Shown here in pieces: positions 63,400 through 64,000 of a stretch of DNA of 64,000 nucleotides. Made by a program: the position numbers and the translations under genes. The DNA is from Podarcis tiliguerta. Lineage: Eukaryota. The stretch's first letter is position 1, and each line of letters opens with the position of its first letter. Below the pieces are notes generated by a model, which worked only from the letters and a program-made list of their open reading frames with translations, had not been told where the DNA came from and did not search any database. The stretch is from NCBI GenBank assembly GCA_965153285.1, contig OZ229121.1. One strand, 5' to 3'.

Positions 63400-63889
63400 T
63401 GTTATGTACTGAGTTGAATAGGATCCAAACTGCAGCAGTCTGATTGGTCCTAGAACAATAGGGTCCAAAAGGCAGCAGTCTGATTGGTCCTAGAACAATA
63501 GGATCCAAAAGGCAGCAGTCTGATTTGTCCTAGAACAATAGGATCCAAAAGGCAGCAGTCTGATTGGTCCTAGAACAATAGGATCCAAAAGGCAGCAGTC
63601 TGATTGGTCCTAGAACAATAGGATTCAGAATGCAGCAGTCTGATTGGTCCTAGAACAATGCAGCAGTATGATTGGTTGGCAGGAACCACCCAATCATGCT
63701 CCAGATAGAAGTGAATCCACAACCTGATTGGCTTACAGTAGAATTCCGGAATTAGCCAATCATGTGCAGCCCATTGTGTAAATAATGTATATAAGGCAGA
63801 TACTTTGAGGGGACTTTCATTCATTCCTCCTCACCACTATGAGCTGAATAAAGAGCATGAAATCACTTTGAGACTCTGAGCATATTTCA
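63400..63889 (+). mobile_element. Solo LTR
   Basis: TG...CA termini; 5-bp TSD GCCTG; TATATAA at 63788; AATAAA at 63847. Confidence 0.92.
63421..63660 (+). repeat. 6 x 40-bp tandem array in LTR U3 with CCAAT and SOX motifs
   Basis: Unit GGATCCAAAAGGCAGCAGTCTGATTGGTCCTAGAACAATA. Confidence 0.95.
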
Positions 63890-64000
63890 GCCTGCCACTA
63901 GAGCTTCTGGTTTTGTGTTTAAAGATTTAAAGTAAGGAACAACAAATAGGCTTAGAAGCTTGGTTTTTTATGGTCAAATTAATGCTTTCAGAAATCCCTG

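Noticed and set aside
63421-63660. CRISPR-like array
   Set aside because: Units are head-to-tail with no unique spacers, inside a eukaryotic LTR

Overview
Vertebrate non-coding DNA from a squamate, most likely a lacertid lizard (Sauria SINE, Squam3-like SINE, BovB, CR1, L2, L1). It looks like intronic sequence of a long gene that I cannot name. No ORF in the track is a recognisable host protein; the protein-like ORFs are 3' ends of CR1, L2, L1 and BovB ORF2. Three splice-bounded candidate exons lie on the minus strand: 41590-41631 (42 nt), 39273-39476 (204 nt, interior hidden by 180 N, possible GC donor) and 26251-26310 (60 nt, stops in all frames). The main structural oddities are: a ~90-bp-arm palindrome with a different Tigger-like MITE in each arm; an L2 insertion flanked by a 67-bp duplication; a solo LTR with a 6x40-bp NF-Y/SOX array; two ~820-bp DIRS/Ngaro-like repeats bounded by CAA; MITEs carrying apparent cargo; and seven Sauria SINEs all on one strand. 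Family names come from recognising motifs by eye, not from a database search.
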